In this document: piece by piece, positions 12,916 through 23,683 of the stretch
Layout of the letters: each line of letters begins with the position of its first letter
How positions within the stretch are numbered: the stretch's first letter is position 1
Assembly: GCF_006345805.1 (NCBI RefSeq)
Contig: NC_043003.1
Span: 103,602,001-103,666,000, forward strand
Source of the DNA: Octopus sinensis
Taxonomy: Eukaryota
Length of the DNA: 64,000 nucleotides
Direction: 5' to 3'
Position numbers and translations under genes: made by a program
The notes under the pieces: generated by a model
What the model was told of the DNA's origin: nothing
The model's input: only the letters and a program-made list of their open reading frames with translations
Databases searched by the model: none

Positions 12916-13310
12916 GCAGGAGTGGCTGTGTGGTAAGTAGCTTGTCTACCAACCACATGGTTCTGGGTTCAGTCCCACTGCGTGGCATCTTGGGCAAGTG
13001 TCTTCTACTATAGCCTTGGGCCGACCAAAGCCTTGTGAGTGGATTTGGTAGACGGAAACTGAAAGAGGCCCGTCGTATATATGTATATGCATGTGTGTGT
13101 TTGTGTGTCTGTCTTTGTCCCCCTAGCATTGCTTCACACCCAATGCTGGTGTGTTTATGTCCCCGTTACTTAGCGGTTCGGCAAAAGAGACCGATAGAAT
13201 AAGTACTGGGCTTACAAAAGAATAAGTCCCGGGGTCAAGTTGCTCGGTTAAAGGTGGTGCTCCAGCATGGCCGCAGTCAAATGACTGAAACAAGTAAAAG
13301 AGTAAGAGTA
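12916..13310 (+). mobile_element. SINE family A, full length
   Basis: A-box-like tggctgtgtggtaag, B-box-like ggttcagtccc, CORE-like segment and 3' tail. Confidence 0.88.
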
Positions 13311-13417
13311 ATATACATACATATATATACATACACATACTTACATATAGATATACATACATACACATATAGATATACATACATATACATATATATATAT
13401 ACATACAAACACACACG

Positions 13418-13449
<32 letters not shown>

Positions 13450-13488
13450 TAAATGGAGTTTAATGTAGGTGTTATTGTAATTCTTTTA

Positions 13489-13575
13489 CTTCCGACACCT
13501 GTTTCGATGATATCACTGATATTATTCCAAATGAATAAAATAGTGTAAAACAATGTAATCTTCTCTTCAGGCAAG
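13489..13575 (-). ncRNA. Minimal type-I hammerhead ribozyme motif, sense to DNAJC25 intron 1
   Basis: cttgc-CTGAAGA-gaagat...atcatc-GAAAC-aggt-GTC-ggaag. Stem I pairs 4/5, stem II 5/6, canonical core, GUC triplet. Confidence 0.65.
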
Positions 13576-14723
13576 TGAAAAAATGAAATATATCAATAAG
13601 ACATTTTAACAAAAAATGATGGATATGTATAGTAATTAACTGAACGCTATTAATATTGTTTAGAAAAAGTTATAGGGAAAAATACACACATCTATTTATA
13701 TAAACATATATACACACACATATATATACACATATATATACATATATATATATATATATACATATATATAGACATATATATATACATATATATTACAAAG
13801 TAAGATAGGGGTTATGAAAGTAACCCACTATGGGATATCAGTTATCCAATATACTGCTATCCAAGTTTTAACATATAAATGAATGTACTTTTAGTCAACA
13901 TTTTATTTGGTTTAGATAAACTATTATGATCAGTTTAACTAACTTTCTGACCCCATATTGTTTTGAAACGGGCCTAACAGATGCGTTTAAATGAATTAGC
14001 CAATAGGAAATAGTTCAAGAATTTACGTGACCACACCCTAAACCCTAATATATTTGAAATATTTAATATGCATAGGTTAAATAGCCAATAATTTAAATGA
14101 CTGCTCCCTAACCCCCAATATAATTTTAAATATCTTTATATATTTAATATGCATACTTTAACGCAAACTTTGGACTAAATCAAACTTGGACATGGAGTTT
14201 AAGTTACTACTATGTTTTTTAAAAATTAAATTTATTTGATTATGTGGATGTATTAATTTTAATATCCATATAACAAGAATGTAAACATTGTGAAATCTAA
14301 TATGCATATTTTGTGGAACTGACCTTACCTGGACTTGTAATTTGGACTGAATGTTTTGGATGCTAGAATTTAACTTATTCGTGTTAAGCGGATGCGTGAA
14401 GTATTATTTAGATTATGTTTGTATAATATATTCATACGCAAATATCTTGTTTGTGCATATGTGTATATATATATGTGTATGTGTGAATATTTATACTTAG
14501 TACCTTATTTCATGAATTTTTGTTATGTTGTTTAGTATTATCGTTAAAACAACAATACTGTTGGTACTGTTAAAAGTGGTAGTATATATACATTAGAATG
14601 CACTTACTGGACTATACAAAGCATGATAATCCAATGTAATGTGATATATGGTTCAATGTTGTTCTTTATGTATTTTGCACATGTGATTACTATGTATGTA
14701 TATTTGTATATTTTATATGTGGT

Positions 14724-14760
<37 letters not shown>

Positions 14761-14865
14761 TTTGAATATTTGTTGTATTATTTATTTTCTTGTTTTTATT
14801 GGATAGTAAGTGAAGCATGTTTTTTATACATCAATATTATTATTATACTTTTCTAGTTATGTATA

Positions 14866-14997
14866 TCCTCTGATGAGGCCTTTGGTTATTTAAACATACA
14901 AATATAATATTTAATGCCTAGGACTATGTTACAATGGCATCTATAGGCAATTTAAGTTGAATTGACACTTAGCCATAGGCTGAAACAGCTGTAAGGA
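14866..14997 (+). ncRNA. Minimal type-I hammerhead ribozyme motif
   Basis: tcct-CTGATGA-ggcctttggtta...tagccataggct-GAAAC-agct-GTA-agga. Stem I 4 bp, stem II about 11 bp closing a long loop, palindromic AGCT loop III, GUA triplet. Confidence 0.75.
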
Positions 14998-15368
14998 GCA
15001 GTTTATTTGTATTATCTTTATTTTTATTATTATACTATATATTGATGTATAATGTTTAGTTCGATTTTCATGTTCCCATTTGTATAATTAATAAATAATG
15101 TGAAATTGTAATATCCGCAAGTTGATGATCAAAATGAATTTGTTTCTCCATTTTCTTATTTGTATATATACATATATATGTATACATGTGTATATATATA
15201 TATATACACATATATATATATACATATGTATATATATATATATACATGTATACATATATACACACACACACATATATATATACATACATATATATATACA
15301 TACATATATATATACATATATATAATATATATATATATACATATATATGTATACATGTATACATATAT

Positions 15369-15407
<39 letters not shown>

Positions 15408-15439
15408 TATGTATACATGTATACATATATACACATATA

Positions 15440-15473
<34 letters not shown>

Positions 15474-16495
15474 CATATATCTATTTACATATATATATAT
15501 ACACATACATACACATATGTATATATATACATATATCTATTTACATATATATATATACATATATATATATGCATATGTATATACACACATATATATATAC
15601 ATATATACATACATATATACACACATTTATATACTTATACACTTATATATATATACATATGTACACACACATATATATACATTTATATATACATACACAT
15701 ATATACATGTATATATCCATATATATATACGCATAAAAAAATTGAAACTTACTTTTGTAAATGGTTATACATAAACATAATTCTTCGTATAGATAGGTTA
15801 TATATATATATATATATAAACATACTGCTTGACATAAACGGTGTACATTATGTATATATAGTTCTGTACATTAGTTTCAAACGAAATTCCTATCTAACGG
15901 CTACACACTAAATATCGTCTTCTAAGCTTCTTTATTTACAAATCAGGGTTCTATATATCTGTTATATACAAAGCATAATTCTACAGAATATTTATAGAGA
16001 AACCATAATTCTATATACTGCCTATTGTCTATATAAGCCATAATTCTATATATAGTGTCTGTATACAATACAGTTCTACATACTTTTTATATACAAAAAA
16101 ACATACATTTACGTACAAGTTATACGCAAAACATACAAGCATAAGCATGTTTTATGAGAATAGTTTAATGAAAACATTTTATATGAACACGATTTATATA
16201 TATATATATATATCAACATACGCATGTGGTTGTTCTTGTACATGTGTCAACGATGCAGTCCAATACAAATATATAATTACACAAGGATGTGTGTGGTGTA
16301 ATGTTCAAGTGCATGTGGACATATGTACGAGCATATTTAATTCATATACAATATATATATATACACCCACACACACATATATATATATATGTATGTATGT
16401 ATGTAAACACCGACTGCGTGTATAGGGGATACATATGTGTAGGTTTCCCTTCCTTTCATTGCATATATAAATATTCATTAAAAAAACCCACTTAC

Positions 16496-16637
16496 AATCG
16501 TAACAGTTTTCATTGCCACAGTATAAGCCTTCGATGTAGGCGCTGGCAACAGAGAAGCTACATAACAAAAGTATCCAAATGCTGGTGGAATATTGGCAGT
16601 TCCGATGCGAGCTGTTCAAGCCGGCAGCCGCTGCCAT
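16496..16637 (-). CDS. DNAJC25: DnaJ homolog subfamily C member 25-like, coding exon 1 (MAAAAGLNSSHRNCQYSTSIWILLLCSFSVASAYIEGLYCGNENCYD + 1 nt)
   Basis: A hydrophobic signal-like stretch is followed by EGLYCGxxxCY(D), which matches the DNAJC25 N-terminal motif (human ..LVEGLYCGTRDCYEVLG.., from memory). The ATG is in aacATGG context, and a consensus GTAAGT donor starts at 16495 after a phase-1 T. Confidence 0.85.
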
Positions 16638-16720
16638 GTTGTCACTGAGCAACGTCAGGACAGCCTCGATCTGGTCGCACCCCACAACATACAACTTCCG
16701 GTTGTCAAGACAAGTTTCCT
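16638..16720 (-). promoter_or_regulatory. Putative 5'UTR/proximal promoter of DNAJC25-like gene with ETS/GABP-type CCGGAAGT site (16694-16701)
   Basis: Locally GC/CpG-richer island in AT-rich DNA. CCGGAAGT lies about 57 nt upstream of the ATG. The start context AACATGGCAGCGGC resembles the YY1/Kozak motif of housekeeping genes. Confidence 0.45.
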
Positions 16721-17042
16721 CTTTGCCGATGTGTCTCATAAACATTGCAACCAACAAGCAAATCAATGTACGTACACACACACACACGCACACATGCATG
16801 CACACACACACACACACACACATGCATGCACACACACACACACACACACACATTATATATATAATATATATATATATTATATATTATATATATATATAGT
16901 CGAGCAATTCGACCCCACGACTTATTCTTTGTAAGCCTAGTACTTATTCTATATTCTTATTCTTTTAGTATGTGACCTCGTCTGTATCACTAGCGATTTT
17001 TTTCCCCTGTCTTCCCTTCTCGGGATCTTTCCTTTTCCTATG

Positions 17043-17075
17043 TTTCCGACAAAGAGCTCCGCTCGAAACGTCAAA
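17043..17075 (+). ncRNA. Degenerate hammerhead-like motif (core CCGACAA), probably inactive
   Basis: ttt-CCGACAA-a-gagc-tcc-gctc-GAAAC-GTC-aaa. Stems are present, but the core deviates at positions 4 and 8. Confidence 0.4.
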
Positions 17076-17174
17076 GCCTCCTTCTTCCCTCTTTCCTGAG
17101 CGTCCAATAATACTTTATTTGTTCCCCGTCCTTGCGTTGTTGTTTTTTTGTTTTTGTTTTCTTGTTTGGATTAA

Positions 17175-17221
<47 letters not shown>

Positions 17222-17310
17222 AGATTTTACAAAAAAAAAACAAAAGACGAAGACAGGTGGTGTACAAAACAAACAGATGTATTAGTATAACGCTCAGGAA
17301 TAGAAAAAGT

Positions 17311-17346
17311 CTTTTACGTTTCGAGCCTACGCTCTTCTACAGAAAG
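17311..17346 (-). ncRNA. Hammerhead-like motif with CUGUAGA core in a solo PLE pLTR-like unit (17220-17385)
   Basis: cttt-CTGTAGA-a-gagc-gtag-gctc-GAAAC-GTA-aaag. The downstream sequence matches the 3' terminus of the Penelope element at 59020-59175. Confidence 0.5.
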
Positions 17347-17506
17347 GGACACAGAAAAAACAAGGAGAGAGAAAAAATGTTTGTAGTGGCTAACGATCTA
17401 TCATATATATATGTATCATGAAACGATCTTAGTATTTTCACTCTTTATCTTATATCAATCTTTTAATACTTTTTGATAGTTTAAAAAATAAATAAATAAA
17501 ATAATA

Positions 17507-17551
<45 letters not shown>

Positions 17552-17755
17552 AAATTTATAACTTTAATTTATTAATTTAAATAATTTTTTAAAATTTTAA
17601 CTTTAAAATTAAATATTTTAATTGGATTTTTATATTTTATATTTTTTTATATTTTAAATTAATTTTATTTCTATGTATTGGCTTATGATTTTCACTGTTT
17701 GATTTGCCTAATAGTGGTTTTATCTCTAATTTATATATATATATATCTAATATAT

Positions 17756-17803
<48 letters not shown>

Positions 17804-17876
17804 GAAATAGAAAGATGAATAATCTTGTTGCAGATTAATCAAAAGTTTTTGTTTTTTCCAACGGATTTCCTATTTC

Positions 17877-17955
17877 TTCCTGAAGAGAAGACACAATATG
17901 GTCTCATTATTCAATCGGAATTTGGTAAATTGTGCCTTTCGAAACACGTGTAGAA
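17877..17955 (+). ncRNA. Minimal type-I hammerhead ribozyme motif in a ~210-bp unit embedded in (TA)n
   Basis: ttc-CTGAAGA-gaagacacaat...attgtgcctttc-GAAAC-acgt-GTA-gaa. Palindromic ACGT loop III, with AATAAA just downstream. Confidence 0.7.
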
Positions 17956-18010
17956 TGGCAATAAAACGATTTCTGTTCAATCTTCGTTCAACTCCATTTC
18001 TTCAATCACT

Positions 18011-18048
<38 letters not shown>

Positions 18049-18051
<3 letters not shown>

Positions 18052-18237
18052 AGTGGCTGTGTGGTAAGTAGCTTGTTTACCAACCACATGGTTCCGGGTT
18101 CAGTCGCACTGCGTGACACCTTGGGCAAGTGTCTTCTACTATAGCCTCGGGCCGACCAAACCCTTGAGAGTGGATTTGGAAACTGAAAGAAGCCCATATA
18201 TATATATATATATATAGATATATATATATATATATAT

Positions 18238-18297
<60 letters not shown>

Positions 18298-18525
18298 ATA
18301 GATATACGTGTGTGTATATGTTTGTGTGTTTGTCCCCCCCCCCAACATCGCTTGACAACCGATGCTGGTGTATTTACGTCCCCGTCACTTAGCGGTTCGG
18401 CAAAAGAGACCGATAGAATAAGTACTAGGCTTACAAAGAATAAGTCCTGGGGGCAATTTGTTCGACTAAAGGCGGTGCTCCAGCATGGCCACAGTCAAAT
18501 GACTGAAACAAGTAAAAAAACAAAG
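18049..18525 (+). mobile_element. SINE family A with internal (TA)n/(GATA)n
   Basis: As 12916-13310. Confidence 0.88.
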
Positions 18526-18530
18526 AGTAA

Positions 18531-18571
<41 letters not shown>

Positions 18572-18574
18572 GCA

Positions 18575-18614
<40 letters not shown>

Positions 18615-18741
18615 GCCATGCATACATATATATACATACACCAGCAGATATTTATGTTTGTGTGTGTACCAAGGACTTAGTATTTCTTATTCTACTATGT
18701 GTGTGTTGTAGAATAAGATTGGTACACTATTATCTATTTGG

Positions 18742-18933
18742 AAAAATGAATAGCAATGGCTTTTCCGATCATTTTTCCCCCTTAATAATTAGATGTTTAC
18801 AAAACGTGACTCTGATGGAGTGTCTCGCTTGGAAACCGTTTTCAAGCGAGAAGCTCAATTACAGTCACTGTTTTGTAAACATCTAATTATTAGGGAGGAA
18901 AAATTATCAGAACAGCCATTTCTATTTATTTTT
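18742..18933. repeat. Fold-back palindrome with ~95-bp arms; adjacent smaller hairpin at 18664-18727
   Basis: aatggc..taataattagatgtttacaaaac..tctcgcttg pairs with caagcgaga..gttttgtaaacatctaattatta..gccatt. Confidence 0.8.
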
Positions 18934-19559
18934 TAAACACACACTTATATAAACATATCTGCTTTCGTGTATCTATAAATATACATGTATATTCAGAAAG
19001 TGATATGTATTTACATTGATGTGTGTGTGTATGTTTAGCACTGGTTTCTTTTTTTTCTTTTTGCTTCTACATTTACTTTTTTGTATCTTTATTTTCTCTC
19101 CTTAATTTTTCCGGAATGCCTTTGATTTCAGATTTACCATCCTGGCAAATTTTGCTTTCCTTTTTTTTTTAATCATTATCCTTTTTACTTTACCTTATTC
19201 TCTCTCTCTACTTCTCTCATCTCAATCTATCTCTTCCTACCTATTCACACACTTTCTCTTCAAAAAGTACTTAACCACCCCCTTAATTAAGTTCAGTTTT
19301 AACAACAATGATACAACCAATTACATGCATAAACAAAGAGAATAAAATATTTATAGTTGATAGTCCATGACAAAAGCCAGAATTGGCGACAAGGGTTCAA
19401 GAAGCCCTTGTAGCTTTTTTTTTTTTTTGGTGCGTGGGGGTTCTTTTCTTTCTGAAATAATTCAACAGCAACAATAGAACAATGTTTCTAACTTCGATAC
19501 AACGCCAGCTGTTTTGAGGGAAGGCGTTAATCAATACCATCAGCGCTGTACTTCACAGG

Positions 19560-20290
19560 AATCTTATTTTATTGACATCAGAAACATGAACAACAAAGTT
19601 GACCTTGGTGGGTTTTGAACTCAGAGCGTATAGAGTCTGAAGAAATGCCACAAAGCATTTTCCCAACGCTTTAACGATTCTGCTAGCTTACCACCTTATT
19701 GATTTTTGGTTTAGATAAAAGTCCAACAGTTTTAAAGGGAGGAGAATTAGTACTTGACTGGTACTTTATTTACCTACACCAAAAGGATAAATGGCAAAGT
19801 TGATCTTTTCGGTTTGAACGGCAGTTTTTTCTAGCGGTGTCATATGAAATTGTCACCCATAATTACGACCCTAGTATCGATCTATTGCATTTCAATCTGT
19901 TTTAGGGTTAGGGGTGGGGGGAGGGTATCTTTTTTTTCTTCACAAATGTAAATAAACCCAATCTGTTTCTTAAACGAGGCACATATTCATACGGCACAGA
20001 ATGTTTTTTACCTCAATAGACGTCAATGATTGGTTGAAATTGCAGAAATTGAAGAAAAAAAAACCAACAAATATCTTACAAACCATAGAATTTTCTCAAT
20101 AAAGCCAAGAGAAAAAGATGTTTTATAAACACATTCTACCAGTATATAAAGTTTAAAATTTTTTAGTTACCTAGAAATTATGTTAAAAACTGCCGTTCAA
20201 ACCGAAAAAATCCAGCAAAGTTGATCTCGGTTGGATTTGAAATCAGAAAGTCAAGAACCGGGTCATCCACCGAAACCCTAACCACTCTGC
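19560..20290 (-). mobile_element. Two degenerate family-B SINE copies, the second split by a MITE
   Basis: ggcaaagttgatct|cggttggatttgaaatcagaa rejoins across the MITE at 19801-20213. Confidence 0.55.
19801..20213. mobile_element. MITE with 28-bp TIRs and 8-bp TSD (Merlin-like)
   Basis: (t)gatcttttcggtttgaacggcagttttt / aaaaactgccgttcaaaccgaaaaaatcc. Flanks ggcaaagt / agcaaagt. Confidence 0.7.
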
Positions 20291-20755
20291 CAAGTAGGGT
20301 TTCAAAAGCGTGCGAGGTCGGACAAGATAAAGTATAAAATAAAAGGAAAAAATTGCAGCAAGAGTATTCAACAATCAACCTATGTCGCGATTTGCTGGAA
20401 TGTTGCCCACGTGATCAACGAATATGACTAATCGTGGTCATGAAAGAATATTACCCACGTGATCAACAAAATGGAGCCAATCACAACTTTATGTAGAATA
20501 AGCTCCAGCGGCCAAAACAATTTTTGGCACGCTCATTTCTGAGCTTCTCAGTTGGTATCAAATGACACACACACATACACGACTACGACCCAGAGGGCTT
20601 TGAGATTTAACAGAGACGACATGGTAGATGGATTGTGAACAAGAAATAAAAGCTTTTTCGTAAAAATCTCAACAAATTTTGTCCTTTATCTCTATATACA
20701 ACCGTTGACCTCAGACGCTTATCAGCAGTGACATACAGCTCCCAGCATCTAGGCC

Positions 20756-23683
20756 CAGTGGTTCCCAAACTTTTTTATTCACAGCGCACCTTACAAATAG
20801 TCAAAATATTTGGCACACTTTGTACATAAATTCTAAAATTTATTCAAAAAGGGTTTTATACATATTAGTATAGCATAAACTATAAAGTAATATATAGAAA
20901 AAGTGAACGTACTTACTCTTTATTCAATATTTGAAGCAAAGTTATCAATAAAAAAACATGCGCTTGATGTTTCTTGGAAAGGTTTTCAATATTGGGATGT
21001 TTTTGAGAAAGACAAACTCTCAGTTCGTCTTCGACGCAACGGAGTCTCTCTCTTTTTGGGGGGAGGTGGGATTTGTTATTGAGGGTTGAAAATCCCAACT
21101 CACATGAATACGATGTGGAAAACTGCATCAAAACGGATAAAGCTTTTTTGCTACTGAGGGGTGTTCTCCAAAATATATCAATAGGTAACTCAGCATACTT
21201 GATTTTAAGTCCGCAATCATTGGATATATATGTTAATTCCTCTTCTTCACATATTTTCAGACCAATATTAGATGGAATTTTACGAAGGGATTTCGAACCC
21301 AATCATACATACTCTTCTTGTGTTCAATGACGGAAAATAAAAGTTTATATTTCCAGATTTGTCGGATGTTCAAATACAATAGGAGTCATTTCTTTTATGC
21401 AGCTTTTACATATTAAGTGAAATATTTCGTAGTTTACCACCTTCAGCTCTATTTTTCCAAATTACAACTTTCTTTTTAAATGAAACCAGTTTATCTGTCG
21501 AAGTGAGAATGTTTTCATCTCTACTTTGCATAATTGTGTTGACGCTATTAAGTTGTGCAAATATCTCTGTTAAATATTCCAGCTCGGAAACTCAAAATTC
21601 ACATTATAGATATTCCAAGAGGCGTTCATGTTTTACTTCTTTAAAAAAATGCAAGCAATACTTCTGGAATTCCTGTATGAGACGTAGCACTTTACCTTTT
21701 GAGAGCCACCTGACTTTTGAATGTAAAAGTAAGCACTTGTGCTTGGAATCCATATCAATACAAATTTGTTCAAATAAACAACCCTTCAACGGTCTACTTT
21801 TAATATAATTAACCATTTCAACAACTTGGTTTAATACTTGCTTTAACTCAACTGGTATTATTTTTGAAATTAGTACTTGCCTATGTAGGAAGCAATGAGT
21901 ACGTATAACGTTAGGATTTTGCTGTTGTATGAGTGATACAAAACCTTTAATAGAGCCTGTCATAGACGCTGCCCCATCGGTACATATTCTAACACGTGAA
22001 TTCCGGGATAAATTCCATTTTTTCGTGGTAGTCAAAAATATCTTGACCTCTTGTAGTGAGTAGCATTTCTTCGAAACAAAAGAACTGATTTATGATTTGG
22101 TTGCCACCAATAAAGCGAATAAATGTAAGAAATTGTGCTTTGTTGCTAATGCCAGTTGATTCGTCAACCTGTAGAACAAATCCTGAGTTCTGAAGTTTGT
22201 CCTGTACATTTTCCTCTATATCAGCAGATAAATCCATAATTCTCCTATGGATTGTATTATTTGAGAGCAGAATCTTGCTTATTTCTTGCTCGGCTTCATC
22301 ACCTAACATGGTTTTAACCATCTTTCTACAAGCGGGTAAGATTATCGACACTGCTAAAGTATGCGATTTCGTTTGTAGTGCAATCATTTCGGCTATCTCA
22401 ATAGACGCGACTTGAGCCTTTTCAGAAGTATTTATCCTTTTTTCAAAATAGTTTCTTTGTTTAGATTGCTGTTCTAGCAGTCATTGGAATTAATTCAGAT
22501 CTTTACATTGAAGATGTGTGATGGAGGAAAAGGACAACAGAAAAAGAAGCAACGGGAGAAAGAAATACAAAAGGCCTTACCTCGGTGAAATCAGCGGTCA
22601 CTCTGTCACGAATTCAACACGTCTTGTCGCTCTGCACTTTTTGCTGGAACTAACCACATGTGCTTCCTGCCCATGCATGCCCCTGTCACTCTTCCGACGG
22701 CCCCTGCAAGCCTTACTTCCGTCCACCTCATCTGCAATCCCCTCCACCAACACCACATACCTCCATCACAGCCTATAACACTACTAACACCACAGAAGAT
22801 GTGAGTGTTTGGTTGTAAAATGTCCTTTCAGCTTTCTGACCAACATGCCTTCGTTAAACATCTTTTCACCACAAACAACACACAATGGAAAAGGTTGATC
22901 CTCGTTGCCAGTCCAATAAAACCCAAACTTTAAATAGCTAGTGCAATATTTATGATTGGGTCGAGCTTTCGCATTATTATCACTATGCTTAGTTGCTTTT
23001 GACGAACGTTCACTTTCAGATTCATAATCGTCACGGTTATGTTTCCTCTTAATATACTTTTTCCATTTTATGGGTAATTTAGTCTGTTAATATGAATTGT
23101 CTCGCACAAAGAGCACAGATCACTAACAGAGTTAAACGGAGACTGAGACAAGTGGCCAGTGAGCCGTGAAAAGTGACAGCGTGTCACATATTATCAGACT
23201 CTTTTGAAAAGATGAAAATCCTCGCCACTATATGAATGAAAAATATTGAAATACAGCTGCAATTCACGAGGACATATTAAAAGATTTAATTCAATAGTTT
23301 ATTTTTCACATTTATTATTGAAATGAAAACTGCTGAGGCTACGACCGAAATAAACTGAAACAGTTGCGCACTGAATATGTCCATAAGACGTCAATTTCGA
23401 GGATAGATTGATAATTTAGTTCTTATCCTTATGAAATTTCAGATTCACAATTGAATAACATTGTCATACCATAATTAGCCTAAATGAATTAAATGACACA
23501 ACCACCTCTCATTCTTAGTTTAGAACTTAATATCTAGTTGGGGTTTGTTTTTTTTGGGTTTTTCTTTGCTACTTTGACATTCATATATGAACTTTCTAGT
23601 TTTTTTTCATATTTTGAAATATAATCTTACTTTTTCGAGGCACACCTTATTACATCTTGCGGTGCACAGTTTGGGAACCGCTG
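20756..23683 (-). mobile_element. Decayed hAT transposon of the Charlie/Buster group
   Basis: TIRs cagtggttcccaaact / agtttgggaaccgctg with near-matching xTCTAG(g)CC flanks. BED-type finger (YLKFGF..PLCVVCGE..KH), LQVDEST, CTDGAASM, CFLHRQ and SYSCELGFS motifs. Confidence 0.92.
22519..22794. mobile_element. 276-bp insertion with a 9-bp target-site duplication inside the hAT transposase
   Basis: gaagatgtg occurs at 22510-22518 and 22795-22803. Removing the insert rejoins KHSHL-QCKDLN in the transposase frame. Confidence 0.75.

Noticed and set aside
12916-12995. tRNA gene calls for SINE heads
   Set aside because: A/B-box-like motifs are present, but there is no complete cloverleaf and they are always followed by SINE body.
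13268-13300. cagtc-aaat-gact-GAAAC-AA-GTA in SINE family A tails, resembling half a hammerhead
   Set aside because: There is no CUGANGA-like box upstream in any copy.
20400-20490. Repeated cccacgtgatcaac plus CCAAT as an ER-stress element for DNAJC25
   Set aside because: It does not match ERSE (CCAAT-N9-CCACG) spacing, lies 3.8 kb upstream among repeats, and is more likely transposon subterminal sequence.
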